The notes: a model not told the origin generated them from the letters alone. DNA of 63,494 bases, filler included, from Octopus bimaculoides (GCF_001194135.2; 7 parts of 6 records of this genome joined end to end with filler, not necessarily neighbours in it); one strand, 5' to 3'; positions 11,338-24,279 are shown, counted from the first letter of the whole stretch. Made by a program: numbers and translations.

Positions 11338-11710
11338 CGCAGGAGTGGCTGTGTGTATATACATATATATACATACATATATATATATTCAGTCCCACTG
11401 CGTGGCACCTTGGGCAAGTGTCTTCTACTATAGCCTCGGGCCGACCAAAGCCTTGTGAGTCTATTTGGTAGACGGAAACTGAAATAAGCCCGTCGTATAT
11501 ATGTATATATATATGTGTGTGTGTGTATATGTTTGTGTGTCTGTGTTTGTCTGCCCAGCTTCGCTTGACGACCGATGCTGGTGTGTTTGTGTCCCCGTAA
11601 CTTGGCGGTTCGGCAAAAAGAGACCGATAGAATAAGTACTAGGCTTACAAAGAATAAGTCCTGGGGTCGAGTTGCTCGACTAAAGGCGGTGCCCCAGCAT
11701 GGCCGCAGTC
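11338..11710 (+). mobile_element. SINE family A, young-looking
   Basis: aggagtggctgtgtg head, gtggcaccttgggcaagtgtcttctactatagcc, tail to gap. Confidence 0.9.
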
Positions 11711-11856
11711 NNNNNNNNNNNNNNNNNNNNNNNNNNNNNNNNNNNNNNNNNNNNNNNNNNNNNNNNNNNNNNNNNNNNNNNNNNNNNNNNNNNNNNNNNN
11801 NNNNNNNNNNNNNNNNNNNNNNNTATATATATATATATATACATACACACACACAC

Positions 11857-11896
<40 letters not shown>

Positions 11897-12089
11897 ATAA
11901 AGTAACAGGTGTAAAGTTAGCGCATTTCCAGAGAGGCATTCGACCCGAATACTGGGCTACCAACACAGTCGGGTTCCAGGCGAAAGTTTTACGACGATTA
12001 CACCGTAAAGTGTGTTCCTCCCGATATAAACAAAACAAAAAAAAAACAAGAAACAAAGTCTGGAAGACGCATAATGTAACATCAGACTT

Positions 12090-12700
12090 TTGAATTAACT
12101 CTGATGAAGTGCCTCTCTAATGTCTAAAATCGCAAACATTCTGTAAATTATCACTTCGAACTTTTGCGGAGAATGGCGTTGAAAATAGAGTTGGTACAGA
12201 AACAATTTCTTGTCAATCACGAAACAAAAAAATCCAACTCCACTAATTTCCCACATCAATAAATTAAGAATTCACAATAAAGAATTCAGTCTAGATTGGT
12301 CTATCATAACGGAAACCACACCATATAATACACACACTAAAAATTGTACTTTATGCACGAAGGAAGCGATCCACAAACCCCGGGCCAACAAAAAAGCTTA
12401 CTTAAAATATCTGATATCATAATTACCTGTAGACATAAATATCTCTCAACTTTTAAATTCTTCCCCGAAAATAATTAGCCTGTAGGATTTAAATTAGTCA
12501 CCCTTCATATTTTGGATTCGTCTTAAAATAATATTATATATAGCGTCGTAATGTGTCTTAACCGGTAAATTTAATTCTGATTATATCATCCGCACAAACA
12601 GTATGGTCCGACTAAGCATTCGTTTTTTAAAAATTTTCAAATCTTTCATGTCTCTTAAAATTTTAACAACTCTTCGAATCTTTTAACTCTGATGAGAGAA
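12090..12700 (+). mobile_element. Penelope-like element 3' remnant (GIY-YIG C-terminus between two taactctgatga direct-repeat starts)
   Basis: Translation PTPLISHINKL...FSLDWSII...Y....KNCTLC.KE and, after a frameshift, ITCRHKYL match the C-terminal pattern of PLE GIY-YIG domains. Confidence 0.65.
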
Positions 12701-13267
12701 GTATAGATAATTGCTATGGTCGGTGTTAGCTCACCCATTCCAACCTATATCTTCCCAAAACGGCAGCAAGACTTTGCCCTTATTCAGGATTCCTCTTAAA
12801 TCATCTTATACTAACTTTCTCATCTACCCTCCTCATTGATTCTAATACGGACATTCAAAACACGGAAGTACATTTATGTATTTATGTTTATGTATTTATA
12901 TATATATATATATATAATTTATTATGTATTTATGAATTTTTATGTATTTATAAATTTTCGTATGTTTATATATATTTATAAATCCTTATGAATTTTTTAT
13001 CATGTCTCATATATGTGAACGCATCTATGTATATTATATACTATGGAGAATTTCGATAATCTGATATGGATTGCGACTTTTGAAATNNNNNNNNNNNNNN
13101 NNNNNNNNNNNNNNNNNNNNNNNNNNNNNNNNNNNNNNNNNNNNNNNNNNNNNNNNNNNNNNNNNNNNNNNNNNNNNNNNNNNNNNNNNNNNNNNNNNNN
13201 NNNNNNNNNNNNNNNNNNNNNNNNNNNNNNNNNNNNNNNNNNNNNNNNNNNNNNNNNNNNNNNNNNN

Positions 13268-13283
13268 GGGGGGACACACACAC

Positions 13284-13321
<38 letters not shown>

Positions 13322-13650
13322 CATATATACGACGGGCTTCTTTCAGTTTCCGTCAGCCAAATCCACTCACAAGGCTTCGGTCGGCTCGAGGCTATGGTAG
13401 AAGACACTTACCCAAGATGCCACGCAGTGGGTCTGAACCCAGAACCATGTGGTTGGTAAGAACGCTACTTAACACGCAGCCACTGACGCCCGGTTTCTGC
13501 ACAGTTCTCGTTTACCAAATTTCAGTCACAAGTTGTGGGTCAACTAAACGTTTAATTAGAAGACAATCCGCTAAGTTTTTCACGCAGCGGGATCGAACCT
13601 GTAATTTCATGGTTATGAAGCGAGCATCTTAGCCACATACTCACTTCGTC
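13268..13650 (-). mobile_element. Two tandem SINE family A heads
   Basis: gacgggcttctttcagtttccgtc..ctgaacccagaaccatgtggttggtaag, then a second diverged head. Confidence 0.75.
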
Positions 13651-13940
13651 GCACACTGGTAAATTTCTGAATGGCAAGTGTTCCAGAAAAATTGATTGTA
13701 AGTGCAGTTGTGTTTGTATTGTGCACAACGTTACTTGAAACAGGACATCTGTATGTCAACGCCTCCTTGGTATTCAGTTTTATTTTGAAGTTGCAAATCA
13801 ATTTTCGGATTAATTCATCGAATACAATGTTGATTTATTAATCGATTTATAAGATCCATTTAATATAAACATCAATGTAGCTACAAGCAAAGACAGAGAG
13901 AGAGAGAGAGAGATGTGCGTGTATGGGCGTACGGAAGTGC

Positions 13941-14010
<70 letters not shown>

Positions 14011-14270
14011 TGTGTGTGTGTGTGTGTGTATATGTATATGGTGATCTTACGATACCAGTACCAAAGATCGGCCTTTTCGGTAAAAAGTGTAGGAGGGGAA
14101 AGAGGGAAACGACGTCGTAAAAGCAAAAGAGATAGAGAGAGCGCGATTTCTTTTGAAGTTGGCGCTGGTGTGTGTATGTGTGAGGGAGAGAGGGAGAGAA
14201 AGAGAGATAGATAACGGAAATTATTTTTATTTCTGGTAATTTTTCAGATCAACACCCGCACGATCTTCAC

Positions 14271-14320
14271 TAGGGTGTTAGGGTTAGGGTTTTAGGGTTA
14301 GTGTTTAGGGTTAGGGTTAC
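14271..14320 (+). repeat. Degenerate interstitial (TTAGGG)n tract
   Basis: tagggtgttagggttagggttttagggttagtgtttagggttagggtta. Confidence 0.8.
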
Positions 14321-14330
14321 GGACGGAATT

Positions 14331-14523
14331 CCCTAATTTTGGGGGGAGGGGGCCAGTCGATTAGATCGACCCCAGTACGCAATTGGTACCCAATTTATCG
14401 ACCCTCGAAAAGATGAAAGGCAAAGTCGACCTCGGTGGAATTTGAACTCAGAACATAGCGGCAGACGATATACCGCTAAGCGTTTCGCCCGGCGTGCTAA
14501 CGCTTCAGCCAGCTCGCCGCCTT
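14331..14523 (-). mobile_element. SINE family B
   Basis: Collinear with the 10833 copy. Confidence 0.9.
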
Positions 14524-16099
14524 AGACAGAGAGCAAATACCAAAAAATGCCTCAGGACTCAGTCATATTTGATTTGGTAAAGACATTGACGTTCCTATGT
14601 TAAAGCCTGTGACAGCAATGTACTTTTATTTCAGCTGATAGTGAGATCGATTTTATACCTAAGCAAGCATTTTGCATTGGCTTTCCTTTTTAATGTTTTC
14701 CCCAGTTCGATCGCGAATCGAATTCGTTTCCGCATTATATAATGTGGGGTATAAGTACTAACGTTTGATCGATCTGTTCCAATCACTTTGGTCTTTCATC
14801 CCCACCCGGTCCCGGCTTCTGTAGATGATATCGATAACTGAAGTTTATTTATTTCCATTTAACATGTCAGACAATTACCCTCCCTCTCCCCTCACCATCC
14901 TCCTCATCATCATCTTCACCACCATCACCATCATTGTCGTCAGTCCACCCCATATCCATTCAGTCACCATCGCCATTAAGTTCACCGCCATTGACGGCGG
15001 TACCACTGTTCTCTGTCAGCGGTCTTCACCAAGGTTTTCAAAGAAGAACGAACACTCGTGGATCGGTTCCCAAGGGATTACTTCTCTGTCAAGCAACTCT
15101 AAATTCCCCAAGACATTGTCAAACAAGGGGCATTTGCCTTCCTGCTGTCAACAGTTAAAGAGGCCGGCGTAAAAATTACACTTGAGCTACTTTCTCCATT
15201 CAGCAAATATACAAAGTAGCCATCTTTGACGCCCGAATAATAAACGACGACAGAACATAAAATAAATGTTAACATCTATTTAAACGGCCTATTTTCCTGC
15301 ACAAATTCAAAATGAACAGGAAAAACGATATGATAAAAGATAGCAAAACTACTTTAATGATTTGTCCTTTCTAAATAAATACATGGCTGTTTCTATCAAT
15401 TGCACTTGACTTTCAATGAAGATTCCATGTATTGTTTTCCTTGGTTACAGAGTATCTTCTATAGATACTCTATCTTCTATCTTCTATAGATCTTAATATT
15501 ACGTTGAGAACCTAGAACGCGCGGGCGCGCGGGCGCGCGGGCGTGTGAACTGTGGGTAGGTGGTTCTCATCAAATGGTAAATATATGTTCAAAAAGCAGT
15601 TACATTAACGATTAATGTTTCCAGAAGTGTTTCTATTGTTTAGTTTAATGCTTTGGGAGTGGCTGAGCTGATGTTTCACAACGTCCATCTCTTTCATGTC
15701 GAAGGGTTAATGCTTTCTAATGTCTATATATATATACAATGGACAGGTAACGAACAATTCGGACGCATGCATATAGACATACATGCATTCAGAGAGAGAT
15801 AAATAGATAGGCAGGCAATTAGGTACATACGTGCATGCATGTATCCAACCATCCATCCATTCAGTCAACCCTCCATCCATCCATCCATCCATCCATCCAT
15901 ACGTATGTATGTATGTATGTATGTATGTATAGAGTGTTTGAAGTGTTCTACAGAGATTGTATATTAAGAAAAAGGTGACAGTCAAAATTTTGGGTAATTC
16001 TTTATTAGCGCTTTCGCTCAATTTTTCTTGAAGAGTTCGGTTAAACAAAAGAAAACGCTAATAAAGAATTATCCAGAATTATGACTTCCTCCTTTTTCT

Positions 16100-16563
16100 T
16101 AATATATATGTACATATGTATGTATATATGCATGTATATATATGTGTGTATATATGCATGTGTATATGCAGGTGCATGTATATATGNNNNNNNNNNNNNN
16201 NNNNNNTATATATATGTATATATGTATGTATATATGCATGTACATATGCATGTATATATGCATGTACATATGCATGTATATATGCATGTATATATGCATG
16301 TATATATACATGTATATATGCATGTATATATATATGCATGTATATGTATGCATGTATATATATATGTGTGTATATGTATATATGCATGCATATGTGTATA
16401 TATGCATGCATATGTGTATATATGCATGTATATGCATATATATGCATGTATATGTATATATATGCATGTATATATATGCATGTATATGTATATATATGCA
16501 TGTATATATATGTATATATATGTATATATGCATGCGTATATATGTATATATGCATGTATATAT
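16100..16563. repeat. Complex alternating purine-pyrimidine repeat (ATATATGCATGT-like units)
   Basis: Direct reading. Confidence 0.9.
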
Positions 16564-16565
16564 TG

Positions 16566-16805
16566 AAACTACTGTCTTTGCAAAACATATTAAGAATATT
16601 GGAGCTGCTGTCAAGCTCGAGGTGATCCAGAAGACAGCATTGTTGGGTACAGATCGCATTGTAAGGAGAGTATTGTCTGTTTGAGTCACAGGAGAAGAAG
16701 GCACTACTTGACACCTTTGGTGATTTGTTATTACCTGCTTTCAAGTAAAGAATAACCGGTCATTAAGAACTATCCGAAAGTCTTTCATAATCGTAATAAC
16801 AATAA
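16566..16805 (+). mobile_element. 3' end of Dong/R4-like (restriction-like endonuclease) LINE
   Basis: Translation KHIKNIGAAVKLEVIQKTALLGTDRIVRRVLSV*, then 3' UTR ending in taa-like repeats. Confidence 0.75.
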
Positions 16806-17020
16806 TCCTTTCTACTGGAAGCACAAAGCCTCAAATTTGTGAGGTGGAGACTAGACGATTATATTGACCCCAGTGTTTCACCGTTACTTAATTTATCAAC
16901 CCTGAAAGGATGAAAGACAAAGCCAACTTTGGTGGAATTTGAACTTAGATCATGAAGACGGACGGAACGCCGCTAAGCATTCTGTCTGGTGTGCTAACCA
17001 TTCTGCCAGTTCGCCGCCTT
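16806..17020 (-). mobile_element. SINE family B
   Basis: Collinear with family B. Confidence 0.85.
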
Positions 17021-17260
17021 GTGGATTATTATTGACTTAAATTAAAACAGGGCCGAGTAAACAACTTCATGGCAACCGGAAGTGGTTAGTCAAGTATTTG
17101 AGGAAAGGTCATTTAGGCAGCCATTGTTTTTCATTATTTAAATGACAACTAATTCATTTATTTACTTATCACGTGAAGACTAATTAGTATTTACAATCAA
17201 TATTACACCTGAAACTCTATTAACTGCTTTGACAATATCTTGGTTAATTACAGCCAAGCC

Positions 17261-17636
17261 TTTATCTTTTACTTGCTTCAGCCTATAGACTGCGGCCATG
17301 CTTGGGCACCGCCTTGATGAATTTCAGTCGAACGAATCGACCACAGGACTTGCATTTCCTTTTTAATCCTGGTACTTCTATCGGTCTCTTTTTGCTAAAC
17401 CGCTAATATTACGGGGACGTAAACACACCAACACTGGTTGTCAAGCGGTGGGTTAGGGGACAAACACACATACACACACACATATACAACCGGTTCCCTT
17501 CAGTTTCCGTTCCACTAGACTTTGGTCAGTCCGTACCTTTAGTAGAAGACTCTTTGCCCAAGGTGCCACGCAGTGGGACTGAACCTGAAACGATGTGGTT
17601 GGAATGTAAACTTCTTACCGCACAGCCACGCCTGCG
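17261..17636 (-). mobile_element. SINE family A, full length
   Basis: Tail to tRNA-like head (gcaggcgtggctgtgcggtaag on minus strand). Confidence 0.88.
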
Positions 17637-17824
17637 AACCTAAAAGTTTCCTCTCTTCATTTAAACGCGTTCAAAACTGATTAATTATCGATGAGCTTTA
17701 GATAAGTGTTCGATCCGCCAATTAGATACTCAGGTTTTGCTTCTAAAAAAAAAAAACAATTTACCAATTTGTCTTTAATTATGAATTCCATTAATTCATT
17801 AAGAATGTACACATAAAACACACG

Positions 17825-17856
<32 letters not shown>

Positions 17857-18479
17857 CATACACACATTCTCTTCACTGACTCTCCCTTTCTCTGTCTCTC
17901 TGTCTACCTCTTCTCCCTCTTTCTTTCTTGCTCTGTGTCTTTTTCTTCCTCCCCACTTCTCTTTCAGCCTCTGTCTCACTTTTCCTCTCTCTGTCTTTCT
18001 TTCTCATTCTCTCTCTCTTTTCTCCCCTCCTTCTCTCTCTCTCTCTCTCTCTTTCTTTCTGTATTTCTATCTCTGACTCTCTCTTTCTCCTTCCCTTACT
18101 CTCTCTCTTCCCCCTCTTCTTCTCCTATCCCGCAGTTTTTAATTTCTGAGCGGAACGATTTTTTTTATTAAAAAGGAAATTTTTTGACATTTTCCGCTGA
18201 CTGGAAATTGTTCTTGGGAAAGGAAAAAACATTTAGATAATGGTTGTTCTGCGATTTTTCCAGATAAAATTCTTAATTAAAACTGAGGGATGCCATATGG
18301 AGTCGACAGTTTTGGTTTACACTCAATTTTTGGAGGTTAATTAAAAACTATATCATACAGTTTTCATATACAAAAATAATTTTTAAAAACTTGATCAATA
18401 AAACAATTTCACAAAATTAGTTTCAATGTCATGATCCATAATCCATGGCCTGATATTGTTTCTTAGACACTCGAGAGCA

Positions 18480-19095
18480 ATTTTGAAAGAAGAGGACAGG
18501 GGTCGCCCCCAGTCTTTGACTGCTACTTTATTTTATGAACCCTGGAGTCTAAAAGGTGAAATTAGCCTCAAAGGGATTTGAACTCAAAATTAAAATAATC
18601 AAGGAAATGCCGTTAAGGGCGGGAAGGGCCACAAGAAATACTGTTGTGCATTTTTCACCGCATATTATCTAACATCGTTGCTAATTTGAGCACAAGGCCG
18701 GGATTTTTTCTTTGAAGGAAGGAAAATCGATTACATTGAACCCAGCACTAAACTGGTGCTTATCGGACCCTGAAAGGATGAAAGGCAAAGTCGACCTCGG
18801 TGGAATTTGAACTCAGAACTAAGAAATGCCACTAACCATTTTGCACGAGGCAGAAACGGTTCTGCCAATTCGCAGTATGTAATAATTGTTTTTTTAATTT
18901 TGGCACAGACGAGGAATTTTAAGGGAATAGGGTGAAAATTGATCCCCAACACTTGACTGCTACTTCATTTTATCGATCCCGGTGAACGAATGGTAAAACT
19001 GCCTTGGGAGAGATTTGAACTCAGAACGTAAAAATCCCAGAAGAAATGCTACAATACATTTTTATTGACACTCAAACAATTCTACGAATCCATCG
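18480..19095 (-). mobile_element. Three tandem diverged SINE family B copies
   Basis: Repeated atttgaactca(g/a)aa heads near 18580, 18805 and 19015 with central-domain remnants. Confidence 0.7.
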
Positions 19096-19610
19096 CTCTT
19101 TAACAAATTGAAAAAAAAAAAAAACATTAAAAGACATACTAAAAACTGTTGCCATCAAAATAAGATCGCCATAACCAGAAAGAATCGAAAAGGAGATTCA
19201 TTCTGCCTTGGTTTACACGTAAGTCTGAAAAGCCACGTCCCGTATTATTGTGGACAGAACGTTGTAAATTGTTTTGGGTTTCGTGCATGATCACATCGCT
19301 TTCAATGCGTTTTCGAGTCAGAGTATCGGCATGCATGCTCACTCAATCATGTCCATAGACACACTCTGGTTTTGCAATGACAGATGCAAAAGATATGGTC
19401 AGCTGCTTCATTGCACTGATTGCATGTACTATAGTTGTTGTTAGTCTCGTTTCATTTTGTTCAAATAATTCCGTGTGTGCGCGCATATGCGTGTGTGTGT
19501 GCGTGTATTATGCAACTAAATCAGACTTCCCTCTTCTGCTTTCAACTCATAGCTTTTCATCTCTTGTTACCTTTCTGTAGAGAATTTGCCCTTGAAAATT
19601 ATCTCAAATA

Positions 19611-19818
19611 TATTAGGCTGGTGCATAATTTATTGCCGCTTTTTGTCAATAAATTTTATTCAACAAAATTTAAACAAAACGCCAACCAGAAATTGAAGTA
19701 GATGGTGAATATGCTCCGGAATAATCGTTTAAAGATGTTTTTGTTAAATGTTGCTATAGTTTTTGTTGAATAAAATTTATTGAAAACAAGTCGCAATAAT
19801 TATGCACCAAATCTAATA
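19611..19818. mobile_element. Mariner-type MITE
   Basis: Ends tattaggctggtgcataatttattgc / gcaataattatgcaccaaatctaata; subterminal IR caataaattttattcaacaaaa / ttttgttgaataaaatttattg; TA termini. Confidence 0.8.
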
Positions 19819-20340
19819 TTTTAACTCACCTAAAAGTTTGTTTATGCCTAAACACTGCTTGGCGCTGATATTATGGTAATGTGTGTGCTTGCGTGTGTGC
19901 AATTAAAAGTAAAAGAGATAAATAATTCCAGGCAGACATCTATAAAGCACTCAGTGGTGATAAACGAATTCGATTAACTTTATGAAACAATCAGATATCA
20001 AAACATTCAAGTAGAATTTAACACCCAAGATAAGTTTTCATGCATGACAAGTGAATCCAAATATCGCTTGGAAGAATTTCAAGAAATTCAGAGTATTATG
20101 CTACAAGAACAAGAATGGAAAGAATCACATCTTTGATAATTGATGATCATGCTGTACACTATCGTTTCTATTGTGCCAAAATATTTACAATATATATCCG
20201 AAAATGTAAGCTAACAACGCAATCAAAGTAATCCAAAAACGGGCGAAATTGAAAGGGAAATAAGAAAATATAATTCCAGAGTTCGCATGCGAAATCAGCC
20301 ATAACTGAATTCTACGGTGGAATTCTTCGAAACGTAAATA

Positions 20341-20779
20341 TATTATTCTTTTATTTGTTTCAGTCATTTGACTGCGGCCATGCTGGAGCACCGCCTTTAA
20401 TCGAACAAATCGATACCAGGACTTAATCTTTGTAAGCTTAGTATTTAGCCTATTGGCCAGTTTTGCCGAACCGCTAAGTTACGGGGACGTAAATCCACCA
20501 ACATCGGTTGTCAAGCGATGGTGGGTGGGGGGGCGGGCTGCANNNNNNNNNNNNNNNNNNNNNNNNNNNNNNNNNNNNNNNNNNNNNNNNNNNNNNNNNN
20601 NNNNNNNNNNNNNNNNNNNNNNNNNNNNNNNNNNNNNNNNNNNNNNNNNNNNNNNNNNNNNNNNNNNNNNNNNNNNNNNNNNNNNNNNNNNNNNNNNNNN
20701 NNNNNNNNNNNNNNNNNNNNNNNNNNNNNNNNNNNNNNNNNNNNNNNNNNNNNNNNNNNNNNNNNNNNNNNNNNNNNCG

Positions 20780-20810
<31 letters not shown>

Positions 20811-20974
20811 GAGGGCTTTTTTCAGTTTCCGTCTAATAAATCCACTCAGAAGACTTTGGTCGGCCCAAAGCAGTAGTGAAAAACTACTTGCCAAAAGTGT
20901 CACGCAATGGGACTGAACCCAGAACCATGTGGTTGGGAAGCAAGCTTCTTACCCCACAGCCACTCCTGCGCCTG
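20341..20974 (-). mobile_element. SINE family A spanning a gap
   Basis: Tail 20341-20540 and head 20810-20974. Confidence 0.85.
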
Positions 20975-21439
20975 TTATGTTTAATATCATTTATTAAATT
21001 GAACATCACAATAATTCATTTTGTCGAAGATGTATAAACGTCTCCAGATGCTATGAATAAGTGAGTTAGTCTTACCAGTGGCATTTTTCATCTATTCTTT
21101 CTTGTCTCTATCGTCAAATTCAAGAACAAAAAAAGGATAAACAGCAGAAGTCAATTGGACTGACACAGTGAAAGTTTTCGATGGCAAAATAGGAAATGAC
21201 GTCTCAAGCATGGATCTTCGTCGGAAAGAGGGGAAGTCTACAGACGAGGAAAGGCAGGAAGGAGCAGATAGTTCGGAGAAAAGCACGGGTGTCGTTACGG
21301 GGCCACACCCTTAGGTTTGACTCCTAAGATCTGATGAGATGCATGCTTCCGCCGCGTGCCCACGAAACTCGTTATTATAAACATGACTGCAACAGGGTGT
21401 ACTGAGTGCTACTTTCTTTCGTTTGGTCACAACACACAC

Positions 21440-21641
21440 AGATACACACACACTCATCACAGAGGTACACACACACACACACACAGGCACGCACACTCAC
21501 CACAGAGGTACACATAGGCACACAGACGCACACAGGCACGTGCGCACACACAGGCACACACATACACAGGCACACACACATACACAGGCACACACACGTA
21601 CACAGGCACACACACTTACACTGGTACACACTCACACAGAG

Positions 21642-21711
<70 letters not shown>
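21440..21711. repeat. Complex CA-rich repeat (cacaggcaca units) ending in (CA)n
   Basis: Direct reading. Confidence 0.9.
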
Positions 21712-21713
<2 letters not shown>

Positions 21714-23774
21714 CGTTTTCTCACCTGATCACTTCTGGTTTTTTGGTTTTTACTGATTCTGCTGCTGACTCTATTCCTAAATAGATCAAAATCAGAAACC
21801 CACTATTGATATTTCACTGGTTTGATTCTTCTGCGGCCATAATTCCTTATCAAGTCCTGTAATTACCGACAACTCCCTCGTCTCGCTGTTCGTTCAGGTG
21901 TTGCTACGACAAGTGTTTCTGTCGATTCAAGCTCATTGATTTTGTCACGCTCCCTCAATCTTCTCCTTTCTTTATTCTATCACTAAAGTACTCCTCAATG
22001 TTAACTCTCGGTCATCTATTGTGATTCTTATGTCTGTTTTTATTAGGTTTATTGTTAAGTGTGGGGTCAAGCGGACAGTAATATTGTTGCGGTTGGGATA
22101 TTTACTTCAGCGTTTCCATGGTGATTTCTGTACTCTTCATTATTTGAATTTCGATCTTGTTTTAGTTTGGTTGTAATGTTGTTATCTGTATGTATGTATG
22201 TATGTATGTATGTATGTATGTATGTATGTATGTATGTATGTCATGGTTTAGTTTTATTTCAAGATTTCTTGCCAATATAGACAGAACTGGTTTCTAACCT
22301 AGATCCAAGGTTTCTTCATTGGACTTTCAACATGTATGTATGTATGTATGTATGTATGTATGGAGCTAGTTCAACCCACTCTGGCTGAATGCCGACGCCA
22401 GTTCAAGTACATGTTTACGGAGTTATTGGCTACATTTTTGTTCTTTATTTTTTTGTGTTGACTGTTTATATAATAATGTTTTTCTAACATAGATCTAAGG
22501 CTCCTTCATTGGAATTTCAACGTGTATGTATGTATGTGTGTATGTATGTCTCTTCTATTTTTTTTTATCTGTTATAAATCTTCCACTGATGAGGGAGCGG
22601 GTTTCCAACAAAGATAGTGGGCTCCATCTTTGGGATGTAGTTAACAGAGAAATTCATATTTGGAACTTTAGAAAAGTCTTGCATATTTTTACTGTTCCAC
22701 TCACAGATTGGACTTGTACGAATCAGCCGCTAACAAAACCTCACGCTCCAATTATTGGTATGAATATGAATTCAGAGTCTGGATATAGAAACTGGCGGTA
22801 ATGCAAAAATGAGTATAATTTTTTTTCTTAACTGATAGAGTTTACATCGCACATATTTGTTGAGGAATTCGTCTTCTACATAATGATACTATATAAAAAA
22901 TTAAAAAAATTATCTATCAGATGCCATCGTTAAACCCAACTTACAAATCCTCTTTGAAAGATTACAGGTGGACACAATTGTACTTACAAANNNNNNNNNN
23001 NNNNNNNNNNNNNNNNNNNNNNNNNNNNNNNNNNNNNNNNNNNNNNNNNNNNNNNNNNNNNNNNNNNNNNNNNNNNNNNNNNNNNNNNNNNNNNNNNNNN
23101 NNNNNNNNNNNNNNNNNNNNNNNNNNNNNNNNNNNNNNNNNNNNNNNNNNNNNNNNNNNNNNNNNNNNNNNNNNNNNNNNNNNNNNNNNNNNNNNNNNNN
23201 NNNNNNNNNNNNNNNNNNNNNNNNNNNNNNNNNNNNNNNNNNNNNNNNNNNNNNNNNNNNNNNNNNNNNNNNNNNNNNNNNNNNNNNNNNNNNNNNNNNN
23301 NNNNNNNNNNNNNNNNNNNNNNNNNNNNNNNNNNNNNNNNNNNNNNNNNNNNNNNNNNNNNNNNNNNNNNNNNNNNNNNNNNNNNNNNNNNNNNNNNNNN
23401 NNNNNNNNNNNNNNNNNNNNNNNNNNNNNNNNNNNNNNNNNNNNNNNNNNNNNNNNNNNNNNNNNNNNNNNNNTCTTTCCTCAAAGTTACCTACCTTGTG
23501 CTTAAACAAACATTCCTTAAAAACCCCAAAAAAGGGAGTGTCGTGGAAATAACAGAATCTGCGATTAAACAGCATTGCAGTATTTAGTTTTATCTCATAA
23601 CATTCTGCAAAGATCGATAAAATAATTATTGATCATGTTTTGGGGAAAAATTCGTTGATTGACATATCACTTTGACATATTTGTAAACTTGAGAATTGAT
23701 AGACGAAGACTGTGTTTTAGGAGTTATTCATCAGAAGTTCATTCTTATTAACAACAATTTAATTAATTCCAGAC

Positions 23775-24105
23775 ATGCGCAGACATGGCGTTGTGGTTAA
23801 AGAGCTGGTTATGCAATCGTGTGGTTGCGGGTTCAATCCCACTGCGCAGAAACTGAAGCAAGTGTCTGCTACTATAGTCCCATCCCGGGCGACTAATGCT
23901 TTGTATGTGAATTTAATTGTTGGAAACTATGTGGAAGCCCCTTTGTATTTGTGTGTCTGTATGTCTCTGTCAGTGTTTGTTTCGACACTATCGACTGACA
24001 ACCGGTGATGGCTTGTTTACGTCCCCATAACATTAGCTGTTTGGCAAAAGAGTCCGGTACAATAAATACTTGACTTAAAAAAGTAAACACAAGGGTCGAT
24101 TGCTA
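23775..24105 (+). mobile_element. Diverged SINE family A
   Basis: Head atggcgttgtggttaaag..gggttcaatccc and family A body. Confidence 0.7.
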
Positions 24106-24240
24106 ATCCAGGGGTTCTCAACCTTTTTCTTCTTGTTTTGCTTCTTTGATCCCCAACATATCCATACAGAGAACATCATCTGTAGGGGTAGTAAAGGACC
24201 CTTCATAGTCATTTGATGTCTGTACAAAAGACCCTACTCT
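24106..24240. mobile_element. Possible hAT-type MITE end
   Basis: caggggttctcaaccttttt resembles hAT (Charlie-like) termini; partner end not found. Confidence 0.35.
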
Positions 24241-24279
24241 ATTTTAATAATTTGATATCCTAGCGATTTGCATTATATT

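Noticed and set aside
14825-15172. 115-aa ORF
   Set aside because: Largely (CAT/CAC)n-derived with no homologous motif; the opposite-strand frames are closed.
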